Shown here in pieces: positions 62,735 to 64,000 of a stretch of DNA of 64,000 nucleotides. Position 1 is the first letter of the stretch. Each line of letters starts with the position of its first letter. The notes under the pieces were generated by a model. It did no database searches, was not told where the DNA came from, and was given only the letters and a program-made list of their open reading frames with translations. The DNA lies in NCBI RefSeq assembly GCF_006345805.1, contig NC_043020.1, positions 24,800,001 through 24,864,000 of the forward strand, in the 5' to 3' direction. The stretch is from Octopus sinensis (lineage: Eukaryota). The translations under genes and the position numbers were made by a program.

Positions 62735-63514
62735 TAACATTTAGCAACAGGGAAAGTAGCCAAGTGTATGGATACGCGCACATGTGTGTGTTGTGTTCAC
62801 ACTAATGCGTGTGCATGTGTGCGCGCGCATGCAAGCCGTTTTATGTCTCTTCCCATGTTTTGACACACTAATTATACACATGTCTATATGCCTACACAGT
62901 GTCTTCCTAATACAAACTAAAATTCTGCTAAGTTTTGCATATTTTTACACTTCCATTCATGTGAACTTATTTGCTTTTTAATTGTAAACTTTAATTGTTC
63001 AATTAACTGCGTTCCTTTCGTTCAGTAACACCCAGTTCCTCAGGATTGCTGCAGAAGCTCTTTGTCCAAACTCAGAAACAATAAAAGGCAAGTAGGTGTA
63101 CACAGGGTCAGACTTATCATGTAATGAATTCATTTCTATACAGCCAATTAGAGCTCACCTTGACCTTGTTCAACTACGCAGAGGCAGCCACGCGGATGAC
63201 GAAGGATCAGATCCGTTCAGCTCTCAGGCTATACCTACACGCAAAGCCCAACATAACATTGGTGAATGAGTTAAAAACAACCAATTTCTTGGTAAAACCC
63301 TACCAAGTAAACTCAAGACGAAGAACGGTGTTTTAAGTCGACCGATCGCCAGGTTTTTAGAAGGAGACAAGTAATTAGATAGATTTGCATCTATACCTAT
63401 TATCGGATTTTGTTAGGGCCCCTTATGGTAAAGATGTAGATGGGGAAAATGTGGTTAGAGAGTGATGTGTTAGCAACTCTCTCCCTTTACTGTTTTACCA
63501 AGTAAACAACAACA

Positions 63515-63870
63515 CAAATAACTAACGCAGAGGCGGCCATATTTGAAACAAGAACAAGAACAAGAAGCATGGTCATTCCTCACCCAAGGGACCTTATCTT
63601 ATCACCCATCACTTATGCGCTCATAAATTAGTTTGATAGTTAAGCTCTCATTGGCTCTATGCAAATGAGTTCATAACTGGGGTCCGGAAATCACATGGGA
63701 AAAAATTTCCCGGCCCGTGCAGCGGGTTTGTTATGATCTCGGTCACTTATACACAATGAAAACCAAGTAACCGGCCTAATGAGTCCTAAGACTCAAGAAA
63801 AACAAACACAATTGCTGTCAAAAGTTGTCGAATATAGAACCATTCAGCCGTCACTCGCGAGAGAATGTGG
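63515..63870. promoter_or_regulatory. Candidate promoter/enhancer: dense cluster of TF-like motifs
   Basis: GGCCATATTT (YY1-like, 63535), CTTATC x2 (GATA, 63593), ATTGG (63650), ATGCAAAT octamer (63659), CCGGAAAT (ETS, 63684) abutting TCACATG (E-box), TTTCCCGG, CTCGCGAG (63854), in microsatellite-free, CpG-richer sequence. Confidence 0.4.
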
Positions 63871-64000
63871 CTGGCCAATATGTCCCATTATTTCACTATT
63901 TCTTTTTACATGCCACCCATCACTTCTGTCCTCCAAAACTCAGTAAAAGTCTGTGGGGCAGAAGCAGTGGATTGGCAGAATTATTAAAACATCGGACAAA

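Overview
AT-rich, repeat-saturated animal genomic DNA, very probably from an octopus or other cephalopod (inferred from the SINE/LINE families and microsatellite load; not provable from the window). No protein-coding gene can be confidently called: nearly all ORFs in the track are translations of (TA)n, (CA)n, (GA)n or triplet repeats. Supported content: (i) about 25 copies or fragments of two tRNA-headed SINE families (A and B); (ii) a 5'-truncated, stop-disrupted CR1/L2-group LINE (23124-25530) whose 3' ~2 kb plus flank is repeated across a 100-N gap, probably an uncollapsed contig overlap, and a second 3' fragment of that family; (iii) decayed RTE-type LINE relics (endonuclease to start of RT at 47.3-49.0 kb; a C2H2 pair at 18.6-18.8 kb), an R4/Dong-like 3' end, a Tc1/mariner transposase relic and several MITEs; (iv) multi-kb (TA)-rich arrays. 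The most notable observations are: three long inverted duplications that each end in a (TA)n tract; a 3' tail shared by the LINE and SINE A; degenerate hammerhead-ribozyme-like cores of the Penelope type; a five-copy GATCAATA cluster; a motif-dense promoter/enhancer-like block at 63.5-63.9 kb; a pre-miRNA-sized hairpin; and a few orphan exon candidates. I found no convincing novel multi-gene system.
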